From Accumulibacter sp. (GTDB taxonomy: Bacteria > Pseudomonadota > Gammaproteobacteria > Burkholderiales > Rhodocyclaceae): a stretch of 64,000 nucleotides of DNA. Numbering within the stretch: position 1 is the stretch's first letter; the number at the start of each line of letters is the position of its first letter. This document shows, piece after piece, positions 47,707 through 56,196 of the stretch. The DNA lies in assembly GCF_029255145.1 (NCBI RefSeq), contig NZ_JAPUVQ010000050.1, positions 15,681-79,680 on the forward strand, read 5' to 3'. Under the pieces are notes generated by a model. That model did no database searches. It was given only the letters and a program-made list of their open reading frames with translations, and was not told where the DNA came from. Made by a program: the position numbers and the translations under genes.

Positions 47707-50700
47707 ATGCCCATGAGTCTCAGCCGCTGGCAGGCCGTCTCACAGTCGCAGTTCGCCTGGGAGCGCGAGGCGCTGGACTGGCTGCGCAACCAGCTTCCCG
47801 ATCGCGAGCCCTGGCACGCCTGGACCAACTTCGAATTCATCGACGACGAGGGCAAGGTCAACGAGGTTGACGCGCTGATCCTGACGCCGGCGGGTCTCTT
47901 CCTGATCGAGATCAAGAGCCGGCCCGGCGTCGTCACCGGCGACACCCACACCTGGCTGTGGGTCACCGATGGTCGCGAACGCGCCTACGACAACCCGCTG
48001 ATCCTCGCCAACCGCAAGTCGAAGCGGCTGGCCAGCCTGCTGCGGCGGCAGCCGTCGGTATTCAGGGCGAAAGTGCGCTTGCCCTTCGTCGAGCCGCTGA
48101 TCTTCCTGTCGGCCACCAGCCTTGACTGCCGGCTCAGTGGCACGGCCCGGGCAGGCACTTACCTGCGCGGTCAGCCGAACAGCGAGTCCGATACCGGCAT
48201 CATCGGCGCGCTGCAGAACGGAACCGCCAGTGCCCGCGCGATCCAGCTCGGCCGCGTCGACCATCAACACGCCCGGGTGCTCGCCCGGGCCATCGCCGAG
48301 GCCGGCGTCAGGCCCTCGAACAAGCATCGCAAGGTGGCCGATTACCAGCTCGGCGCGCTGTTGGCGGAAGGCGGCTCGTACCAGGACTGGGAGGGCACGC
48401 ACACCGCGATGGCGGCTGTACGCCGGCGTATTCGCATCTACACCGTCGCCGCCGCCACCACGCCCGATGCGCGCAGGTCGCTGGTTCGCCAGGCGCAGCG
48501 AGAGTTCCAGATCCTCGAAGGCATCGACCACCCGGGCATCGTCAAGGTCAAGGACTACCAGGACACCGAACTCGGCCCGGCGCTCATCTTCGATCACGAC
48601 CCCAAGGCCATCCGGCTCGACTTCCTGCTGCGCGAAATGGGCCACCAGCGGGGCCAACCGCGGGACCAACAGCGGAGCCAACAGCTCAACGTTGACCAGA
48701 GCCTGCAGATCGTCCGTGACCTGGCAGAGACCCTGAAGTACGCCCATCAGAAGCGCCTGTACCACCGCGCCCTGTGCCCGCAGAGCATTCTGGTTCAGGA
48801 TGTCGCCGGCGCAACGCCACGGCCGCGCATCATGAACTGGCAGACCGGCGCACGCGAGGGCACGCAAGGCACCGACACCGCCGATCCCGCGCGCCGCACG
48901 GTCGGCGGCACGATGCACGTCGAGGAGTACGTCGAGGACCCCGGCCTGGTCTATCTGGCGCCCGAAACCTCGCAGTCCGACGCGCAGCACGGCCCAAGCC
49001 TGGATGTCTTCAGCCTGGGTGCGATCACCTATCACGTCTTCTCCGGACAGCCACCGGCAAGCTCGGTGCTCGATCTCGCCGAAAAGTTGCGCATCGGGCA
49101 GGGCCTGCGGCTGTCGGACGTGCTCGACGGCTGTGGCAGGCAGCTGCAGGACCTCATCCAGCACAGCACCTGTCCCGACGTGATGGGCCGCTATGGCACC
49201 ATCGACGAGTTCCTGCAGGACCTCGACAAGGTCGTCGATGAACTGACGACCCCGGAGCCCGAGGCCACCGTCGATCCGGCCGAAGCCAACCCCGACGAGC
49301 GCATCGAAGGGGGCTTCACGGTCATTCGCAAGATGGGCCGAGGCTCGTCGGCGGACGTGCTGCTGGTCCGCGAGGACGGCAGGAGCGACGAGATGATCCT
49401 CAAGGTCGCCCTCGACGCCAGCCTCAACGACCGCCTCACCGCCGAGGGCGAAGCACTCTCCAAACTACGCCATCCGAATATCGTCGAGTGGCAGCGCACG
49501 CTCACCGTCAATGGCCGGACCGCGCTGCTGATGCACAAGGCCGGCGAAAAGACCCTGGCCGACCGCATCCGCGACGGAGCCCGCCTGTCGCTCGACCTCC
49601 TGCAGCGCTTCGGCGAAGAGCTGATCCAGGCGGTCGACTACCTCGATCAGCAGGGCGTCGCCCACCGCGACATCAAGCCCGAAAACATTGGCATGTCGCA
49701 GGCCGGTACCCGGGGCAAGCTGCAACTGGTGCTGTTCGATTTCTCGCTCACCCGCACTCCGGCCGAGAACATCGCCGCCGGCACGCATCCCTATCTCGAC
49801 CCTTTCCTCTCTCTGCGCAAACCGGCGCGCTGGGATCTCCAGGCCGAGCGCTTTGCGCTCGCCGTCACCCTGCACGAAATGGTCACCGGCGTCGCGCCGC
49901 GCTGGGGCGATGGCAAGACGCAAGCGTCGATGCTCGATTGCGAAGCCACCCTCGCCAGCGAGCGCTTCGACCCCTTGCTGCGTGACGGTTTCACCGCCTT
50001 CTTCGCCAGAGCGCTGAACCGCAACCCGCGCAAGCGCTTCGACAATGCCGAAGAGATGCTGCGCGACTGGCGCCGGATCTTCGAGGCCGGCGCGTCGGCA
50101 AGCCAGTCGTCGCCAGACCCCTTCGAAGCCGTCGCCCGCCTGGCCACCGCCAGCACCAACATGGCCGAGCTGGGCTACAGCGTCGAAGCGCAGAACGTGC
50201 TCGAAGCGATGGCCATCCACAACGCGCTCGAGCTGCTGGCCGTCGATCGCGTGCGCTTTCGCTACCTGCGCGGCGTCGGCGACCGCATCCGCAAGGAAAT
50301 CCGCCTCAAGGCCAAAGCCCTGGCTGCCATCCGGCCGGACCTCGTGCAAGGCCGCCCGACGCTGCACGAGGTCGACGACGACGCGGCAGCGGCCGGCGCG
50401 ATCAGCGTCAACGAACTGGCCGCGCAGCTCCTGCCGCGCCGGCCGGCCGGTGACGACCGTGTCGAAGAGACCGCACTGGCGATCTACCTTGGCCTGGAAG
50501 AGGCCGAAGGCTCGACGCTCTGGACACCGCTGGGCGTCGCCGCCAGCGCACTTGCGATCGACCGCAACGACCTTTCCGCCGCCTTGCTGAAAGCCCGCGA
50601 GCGCTGGCTGAAAACGCCGCAGCTCACCGAACTGCGTAACCACTTCGAAAGCCTGCTCTCCACCCAGGGCGGGGTGATGACCGTCCCCGAGCTGGCGTTG

Positions 50701-51966
50701 GCGCTGCTCGCCATGCGCGGCTGCGCGTCGCAGGACGACGCCGAGCGCCTGCGCCTGGCGACCGCCGTGGTTCGTGCCTGTTGCGAAGCCGAAGCCCATC
50801 TGGAGCGTCTGCGCTTTCAGGAATTCGAACACCGCCCCCTGCCGCTGATCGCCGTTTCCGCCGAATTGGCCGAATACGCCCGCCGGCTCGGCGCGTCGGC
50901 GGACGCCTGCGCGCAGGCCGAACCCTTGCTGACGCCGCAGCGAGCGCTCGAAACACTGGAGTCGGTGCCCGCGCCGGAGGTCAGTCCGGCGCTCTCGGCG
51001 CAGCGCCTGTTGCGCCTGGCCACCGCCGCAGCGCAGCGCGCGGCGCTGTCCAGCCGCCAGGAGATCTATCCACGCGGCATGGCCGCTGCTCTGGCCCTGC
51101 GCCAGTCGCTCGGCGCGCTGATGGGGGTGCGCTTCCTGAAGCCGAAGGATGTGCAGGATCGCGTCGCCGGCCGCTACCCCGAAGCACAGCCGCTGCCGCG
51201 ACGCCCACTCCTCGACACCCTGCTGGCCGACGTCGGCGCGCTGCTGGTCTGGAGCGACGACACCCCGGCCGGCCCGGGCTACCTGCCCTCGACGCAAGCG
51301 CTCGGCCCGTCGGCGGGCACTACCACGCAATACTCCCGCGCCACCACGGCCATGGAGCGCGGCCTGCCGGGAGCGGATGCCGGCAGCGACGAGGCCTCCG
51401 CCGCCGCCATCGAGGCGCAGAAGCTGGAAGACCGCCTGGCGTACGCGCGCACGGCCGGCGGATTTCTCGTGCTCACCGTCGAGCCGCGGCTGGCGCACCA
51501 TGTCGAAGCCGAGTTGCTGCGCCGTTTCGGCCACCGGCGGGTGAGCTTCGAGGCGCTGATGCTCAAGGCGCTGCGCCAGCAGGCCGAAGCGTTGAAGGTC
51601 AACTGGAACGTCGTTCTGATGGCTGATGCCGCCGCTCCCACCAGCACCGACTGGAGCCGCCTGATGCGCCTGGTGCACAAGGCGCTGCCGCTGGTGAAGC
51701 AGGCGCTCCTCGAAGCCACCGCCCCGGTGCTGCTGGTCAACTCGGGTCTGATCGCCCGCTACGGCCTGATGCCGCTCATCGACGAGCTGCGTGACGAGAT
51801 CGGCCGGCCGGGCAGGCCCGCCAGCCTGTGGATGCTGCTGCCGATGGCGGCCACCGGACTGCCGACCATCGACGACGTCCCCGTGCCGATCATCACCTCA
51901 ACCCAGTGGGCGAATGTTCCCGTCGCCTGGGCCAGGAACCTGCACCGCGCAGCCTCCGCGGCCTGA
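47707..51966 (+). CDS. pglW: BREX type 2 serine/threonine kinase PglW (NERD + degenerate kinase + kinase + large C-terminal region)
   Basis: 1419 aa. N-terminal NERD-like region (..EVDALILTPAGLFLIEIKS..). A first kinase-like domain has HRA/NWQ in place of HRD/DFG. A second has ILKVA, HRDIKPEN and DFS. Confidence 0.85.
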   Translation: MPMSLSRWQAVSQSQFAWEREALDWLRNQLPDREPWHAWTNFEFIDDEGKVNEVDALILTPAGLFLIEIKSRPGVVTGDTHTWLWVTDGRERAYDNPLILANRKSKRLASLLRRQPSVFRAKVRLPFVEPLIFLSATSLDCRLSGTARAGTYLRGQPNSESDTGIIGALQNGTASARAIQLGRVDHQHARVLARAIAEAGVRPSNKHRKVADYQLGALLAEGGSYQDWEGTHTAMAAVRRRIRIYTVAAATTPDARRSLVRQAQREFQILEGIDHPGIVKVKDYQDTELGPALIFDHDPKAIRLDFLLREMGHQRGQPRDQQRSQQLNVDQSLQIVRDLAETLKYAHQKRLYHRALCPQSILVQDVAGATPRPRIMNWQTGAREGTQGTDTADPARRTVGGTMHVEEYVEDPGLVYLAPETSQSDAQHGPSLDVFSLGAITYHVFSGQPPASSVLDLAEKLRIGQGLRLSDVLDGCGRQLQDLIQHSTCPDVMGRYGTIDEFLQDLDKVVDELTTPEPEATVDPAEANPDERIEGGFTVIRKMGRGSSADVLLVREDGRSDEMILKVALDASLNDRLTAEGEALSKLRHPNIVEWQRTLTVNGRTALLMHKAGEKTLADRIRDGARLSLDLLQRFGEELIQAVDYLDQQGVAHRDIKPENIGMSQAGTRGKLQLVLFDFSLTRTPAENIAAGTHPYLDPFLSLRKPARWDLQAERFALAVTLHEMVTGVAPRWGDGKTQASMLDCEATLASERFDPLLRDGFTAFFARALNRNPRKRFDNAEEMLRDWRRIFEAGASASQSSPDPFEAVARLATASTNMAELGYSVEAQNVLEAMAIHNALELLAVDRVRFRYLRGVGDRIRKEIRLKAKALAAIRPDLVQGRPTLHEVDDDAAAAGAISVNELAAQLLPRRPAGDDRVEETALAIYLGLEEAEGSTLWTPLGVAASALAIDRNDLSAALLKARERWLKTPQLTELRNHFESLLSTQGGVMTVPELALALLAMRGCASQDDAERLRLATAVVRACCEAEAHLERLRFQEFEHRPLPLIAVSAELAEYARRLGASADACAQAEPLLTPQRALETLESVPAPEVSPALSAQRLLRLATAAAQRAALSSRQEIYPRGMAAALALRQSLGALMGVRFLKPKDVQDRVAGRYPEAQPLPRRPLLDTLLADVGALLVWSDDTPAGPGYLPSTQALGPSAGTTTQYSRATTAMERGLPGADAGSDEASAAAIEAQKLEDRLAYARTAGGFLVLTVEPRLAHHVEAELLRRFGHRRVSFEALMLKALRQQAEALKVNWNVVLMADAAAPTSTDWSRLMRLVHKALPLVKQALLEATAPVLLVNSGLIARYGLMPLIDELRDEIGRPGRPASLWMLLPMAATGLPTIDDVPVPIITSTQWANVPVAWARNLHRAASAA

Positions 51967-51999
51967 ACACAGAACTTGCGAACGAATTGAAGCCTGCAC

Positions 52000-54447
52000 A
52001 TGATCGATGCCAAAGTCCTGCTCGCTGATCTGACCCGCCTGCTCAAGCGGCTGGAAGACGACCTGCGCGAACGCGTGCTCAGCCCGTCCAGCGAGGTACC
52101 GGAGCTGCGCACCCGGCTTCAGGCAGAGTGGCAGGCGGCGCGCGATGCCGGGCAAACGGCCGAGACCTTCGAATCCTGGGCCGAGCAGGTCATCACCCAG
52201 GCCGGCGTGCACTGGCTGTTGAGCGGCGTCTTCCTGCGCTTCATCGAAGACAACGGGCTGGTGGAACGGCCGTGGATCAGCGGCACGCCGCAATCAGGCC
52301 GGCTGGCCCTGGCACGCGACCGGCATGACGCGTACTTCCGTGAACATCCGCACCAGAACGATCGCGACTACCTGATGGGCTGCTTCCAGGAGGCCGGTGC
52401 CTTGCCGGGCCTGCACACCTTCTTCGACGGCGCCCACAACCCGGTCTTTCGCCTCGGCATCAGCGGCGATGCGGCGATGGCGGTGATGCAGTTCTGGCAG
52501 GAGGTCGCCGCCGATTCCGGGGCGCTGATTCGCGACTTCACCGACCCGACCTGGAACACGCGCTTCCTCGGCGATCTGTACCAGGACCTGAGCGAAGCCA
52601 CGCGCAAGCGCTATGCGCTGCTGCAGACGCCCGAGTTCGTCGAGGAGTTCATCCTCGACCGGACGCTGACCCCGGCGATCAACGAGTTTGGCTATCGCGA
52701 AGTGCGGACGATCGATCCCACCTGCGGATCGGGGCACTTCCTGCTCGGCGGCTTCCATCGCCTGATCGACGAGTGGTCGAGCAACGAGCCGGGGCGCAAC
52801 CGGCGCGACATCGCTCAGAAAGCGCTGGACGCGGTCGCTGGCGTTGACCTGAATCCGTTCGCGGTCGCCATCGCGCGTTTCCGCCTGTTGTTGGCGGCAT
52901 TGCGGGCCAGCGACGTGCGCCGAATGGCCGAGGCGCCGGATTTCAGGATTCATGTCGCCATTGGCGACAGCCTGCTGCACGGCAAGCGCTTTGGACTGAC
53001 TGCCACCGACGACATGTTCCAGGAAGCCGACCATTTTGCCGATACAGGCTTGGCGCATGCCTACGCCAGCGAAGACCTGGCTGAGGTGCAGGCGATTCTG
53101 GGTCGGCAGTACCACGCCGTGGTGGGCAACCCGCCCTATATCGTTGTCAAGGACGCTGCGCTCAATGCGGCCTATCGCAAGTACTACGCCAGTTGCCATC
53201 GGCAGTATTCGCTCGGCGCGCCGTTCACCGAGCGCTTCTTCGATCTGGCTGTCACTGGGCGCGATGCGCAGCCTGCCGGTTTCGTCGGGCTGATCACCGC
53301 CAACTCGTTCATGAAGCGCGAGTTCGGCAGCAAGCTGATCGAGCAGGTGCTGCCGCGACTGGATCTCACGCATGTGGTTGATACGTCTGGCGCCTACATA
53401 CCGGGCTACGGCACGCCCACTGTCATCCTTTTTGGCCGCCATCGGCCACCCATCGGCGATGGCGTGCGCACGGTGATGGGCATCAAGGGCGAGCCCAGCA
53501 CGCCGGAAACTCCGGCACATGGGATGGTGTGGTCGGCGATCGTGGGGCAGATCGACCGCACGGGTTCCGAGAGCGAGTTCGTTAGCGTGGCTGACACGGC
53601 GCGGGCGACGTTTGCAAAGCACCCGTGGAGCATCGGTGGCGGTGGGGCCGCTGAACTGCGCGAGCAACTCGAAGAGCCAGCAGGTGGAAGGCTTCGGGAC
53701 CTTGGCGCCGATCTCGGATTCGGAGTGGTCACGCGAGAAGACGACGCTTACCTGCTCGGCGAAGCAGCGCTGCTGCGCTTAGGAATCGACCCGACCCACA
53801 CGAAACCCGCCGTCGATGGCGAGTGCGTTCGCGATTGGTCTATTGACTCTCCGACTGTTGCGCTCTGGCCCTATGGCGCGCCTGGGCTCGATGCCACTGC
53901 CTCTTATGCAACCCAAAGCGCTCTCTGGGCCTACAAGACTGGGCTCTCGGGTCGCGTGGCATATGGGAAATCGCAGCTCGAGCGCGGCCTTGAGTGGTTC
54001 GAGTATTCGATGTTCTTCAAGAGCCGGTTTACTACACCGCTCACAATCACCTTCGCCGAAATCGCTACCCACAACCACTTCGTCCTCGATCGCGGCGGCA
54101 AGGTCTTCAAGCAGACGGCACCGGTGATCAAACTGCCCGCCGGGGCCGGCGAGGACGAGCACCTGGGCCTGCTCGGACTGCTCAACTCGTCGGTGGCGTG
54201 TTTCTGGCTGCAGCAGGTTTGTCACAACAAGGGCGGACCCGGTGGTGGATGCAGCAAGGATGAGAAGTGGCATGATTTCTACGCATTCAATTCAACCAAG
54301 GTCGCAGAGTTCCCACTAACCGACAAGCGCCCGCTGGACATCGCCCAAACGCTCGACCGACTCGCCCACGAACTGGCAGCCATCAGCCCGGCGGCCTTGC
54401 TCGATACCTCGCGCGTAGCCGAAGGAGACCACGATGCAAGTCCATAA
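52000..54447 (+). CDS. pglX: BREX type 2 adenine DNA methyltransferase PglX, N-terminal part (815 aa)
   Basis: Catalytic motif VVGNPPYIVVKD and SAM-binding region IDPTCGSGHFL. It ends ..LDRLAHELAAISPAALLDTS.. Confidence 0.85.
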   Translation: MIDAKVLLADLTRLLKRLEDDLRERVLSPSSEVPELRTRLQAEWQAARDAGQTAETFESWAEQVITQAGVHWLLSGVFLRFIEDNGLVERPWISGTPQSGRLALARDRHDAYFREHPHQNDRDYLMGCFQEAGALPGLHTFFDGAHNPVFRLGISGDAAMAVMQFWQEVAADSGALIRDFTDPTWNTRFLGDLYQDLSEATRKRYALLQTPEFVEEFILDRTLTPAINEFGYREVRTIDPTCGSGHFLLGGFHRLIDEWSSNEPGRNRRDIAQKALDAVAGVDLNPFAVAIARFRLLLAALRASDVRRMAEAPDFRIHVAIGDSLLHGKRFGLTATDDMFQEADHFADTGLAHAYASEDLAEVQAILGRQYHAVVGNPPYIVVKDAALNAAYRKYYASCHRQYSLGAPFTERFFDLAVTGRDAQPAGFVGLITANSFMKREFGSKLIEQVLPRLDLTHVVDTSGAYIPGYGTPTVILFGRHRPPIGDGVRTVMGIKGEPSTPETPAHGMVWSAIVGQIDRTGSESEFVSVADTARATFAKHPWSIGGGGAAELREQLEEPAGGRLRDLGADLGFGVVTREDDAYLLGEAALLRLGIDPTHTKPAVDGECVRDWSIDSPTVALWPYGAPGLDATASYATQSALWAYKTGLSGRVAYGKSQLERGLEWFEYSMFFKSRFTTPLTITFAEIATHNHFVLDRGGKVFKQTAPVIKLPAGAGEDEHLGLLGLLNSSVACFWLQQVCHNKGGPGGGCSKDEKWHDFYAFNSTKVAEFPLTDKRPLDIAQTLDRLAHELAAISPAALLDTSRVAEGDHDASP

Positions 54448-54781
54448 AACCACTGCCCGCATTCAAGCCTCTGGCGAACTCACCATCACACACCTGCCTT
54501 TTGCGCCGGGGACTCTGGTCGAAGTCTTGGTCGTGCGCAGCGAACGCAGCGCTGCCGAGCGCGAGCAGGAATGGGCGCGCTTGATGCAAGCGGTGCACGC
54601 GCTGCCGCACGCGCAGACGATCAGGGAAGAAGACATCGCCGTTGAAATCCACCGTCAGACGGCAATTCGTCAGGCGCTGACCGCTGTCGCGCAAGCGGGA
54701 ACTTTCGCCGCCGTCGATGATGCGTGTGCCTGGCAGCGCGAGTTGCGCGTCGACCGGGCGCAGCCGGGGCGCGAGGACTGA
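54434..54781 (+). CDS. 115-aa protein encoded inside the pglX split (AbrB/antitoxin-like N-terminus?)
   Basis: GAAGGAGA lies 5 nt before ATG 54434. It overlaps the PglX-N end by 14 nt and stops 4 nt before the PglX-C ATG. The N-terminus is ..ARIQASGELTITHLPFAPGTLVEVLVV... The first ~35 codons have more A/T-ending codons than their neighbours. Confidence 0.55.
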   Translation: MQVHKTTARIQASGELTITHLPFAPGTLVEVLVVRSERSAAEREQEWARLMQAVHALPHAQTIREEDIAVEIHRQTAIRQALTAVAQAGTFAAVDDACAWQRELRVDRAQPGRED

Positions 54782-54785
54782 AACC

Positions 54786-55982
54786 ATGACCCTCCCCACC
54801 CGCCAAAGCCTTGACGCTGCCCGCACCCAGTCCGCCCGCCTTCGCCGCCAGATGATCGCTGCCCAGGAAGAACTCGACTGGCGCTGCTACCGCCTCTACG
54901 GTCTGCTGCCCGCCGGCAGCAAGGAATCCGATTTTGAGCACTCTGCGCCACCCGAAGTGGCGCTCGGCGAGCGTCCCTTCGAGATCGTGATGGCTCGCCG
55001 TATCCTTGAAGGCGCTCTACAGACCAAGTGGTTTGAGTGGCTGGGCATAAAGCCCAAGACGGACATCCCTCCGCACTGGCCAGCGGACTATCAGGCATTG
55101 GTTCAGCGTCGGATTTCGCTGATCGAGACAGACCGCAGCATCGGTCTGATCGAAGCGCCCAGTTGCAAGCGCCGCTGGGAATCTACCCCGTGGGAGTCTC
55201 TTGAGCAGGCGGCGCTGCGCGACTGGCTGCTGGCCCGGATCGAGTCGCCGCGCTACTGGACGAGCAGCGCCGGGCAGCCGCCGCAGATGACCAGCACCAG
55301 CCGCCTCGCCGACGCGCTGCAGCGCGACTCCGACTTCATGCAGATTGCCGGGTTGTACGCGGGTCACGCCGACTTCCACACCGCCCAACTCGTTGCCGAA
55401 CTGGTGGCGTCGGAAGCGGTTCCCTTCCTGCCGGTGCTGCGCTACGCCGACACCGGCCTGCGCAAACGTGCCCAGTGGGAAGACACCTGGGCTTTGCAGC
55501 GGCGCGAGGATGTCGGCGAAGCAGTCGGCAAGATCCCGGTGCCGCCCAAGTACCAGAGCAAGGACTTCCTGAAGACCGATTACTGGCGCCTGCGCGGCGG
55601 CCTGGACGTGCCCAAGGAGCGCTGGATCAGCTACCCCGGCTGCGAACGCGGCGCCGACGGCAGCCTGGTCATCGCCTGGGCCGGCTGGGACCATCTGCAG
55701 CAGGCCACGGCCCTGGCCACCTACTTCATCGACATGAAGGAACGCGAAGGCTGGAGCCGCGAACGGCTACAACCCTTGCTCGCCGGCCTGCTCGAACTGC
55801 TGCCCTGGCTGAAGCAATGGCACAACGACATGAACCCCGATTTCGGCGCACGCATGGGCGACTACTACGAGAGTTTCGTGACCGACGAAGTGCGAGCACT
55901 GCAATTCACGCTCGATGACCTGCGTGCCTGGAAACCGGCGGTTACGGCGGCCAGGCGCGGGCGCAAGAGATCTGCAGCATGA
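54786..55982 (+). CDS. pglX: PglX C-terminal part (398 aa)
   Basis: ATG 54786 lies 8 nt after GAGGA. The string ..RRQMIAAQEELDWRCYRLYGLLP.. matches, as I recall it, the C-terminal region of BREX methyltransferases. Confidence 0.75.
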   Translation: MTLPTRQSLDAARTQSARLRRQMIAAQEELDWRCYRLYGLLPAGSKESDFEHSAPPEVALGERPFEIVMARRILEGALQTKWFEWLGIKPKTDIPPHWPADYQALVQRRISLIETDRSIGLIEAPSCKRRWESTPWESLEQAALRDWLLARIESPRYWTSSAGQPPQMTSTSRLADALQRDSDFMQIAGLYAGHADFHTAQLVAELVASEAVPFLPVLRYADTGLRKRAQWEDTWALQRREDVGEAVGKIPVPPKYQSKDFLKTDYWRLRGGLDVPKERWISYPGCERGADGSLVIAWAGWDHLQQATALATYFIDMKEREGWSRERLQPLLAGLLELLPWLKQWHNDMNPDFGARMGDYYESFVTDEVRALQFTLDDLRAWKPAVTAARRGRKRSAA

Positions 55983-56185
55983 CGCAATCGCCAGCAACGG
56001 TCCCGATGACCTACACGCACCTCTGCGCATGGTGCGTCATCGCTGGCATTGGCATGCCACGTGGCCTGGATACGGTGACTCTGGCGTCGGGTGAAGCCTG
56101 GTCGTATTCCCTGATCAGAGACATTGACAAGGCATTCGCAGTCAGCGACCGCGGCGCGGCGTCTGCGCCGGCCAGCGCAACGTAA
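55979..56185 (+). CDS. 68-aa hypothetical protein
   Basis: ATGA-coupled to the PglX-C stop. Third-position GC is moderately high. No family was recognised. Confidence 0.4.
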   Translation: MTQSPATVPMTYTHLCAWCVIAGIGMPRGLDTVTLASGEAWSYSLIRDIDKAFAVSDRGAASAPASAT

Positions 56186-56196
56186 GGAGGGCCGAC

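Noticed and set aside
49465-51678. 737-aa minus-strand ORF inside pglW
   Set aside because: It is antisense to the kinase gene and has low-complexity Arg/Gly/Ala composition. The plus frame carries clear kinase motifs.
55979-56185. 68-aa ORF as a FicA-type antitoxin for the downstream Fic
   Set aside because: I found no (S/T)xxxE(G/N) motif in it, whereas the Fic protein carries its own inhibitory motif (SSEIEN). The role of the small ORF therefore remains unknown rather than that of an antitoxin.
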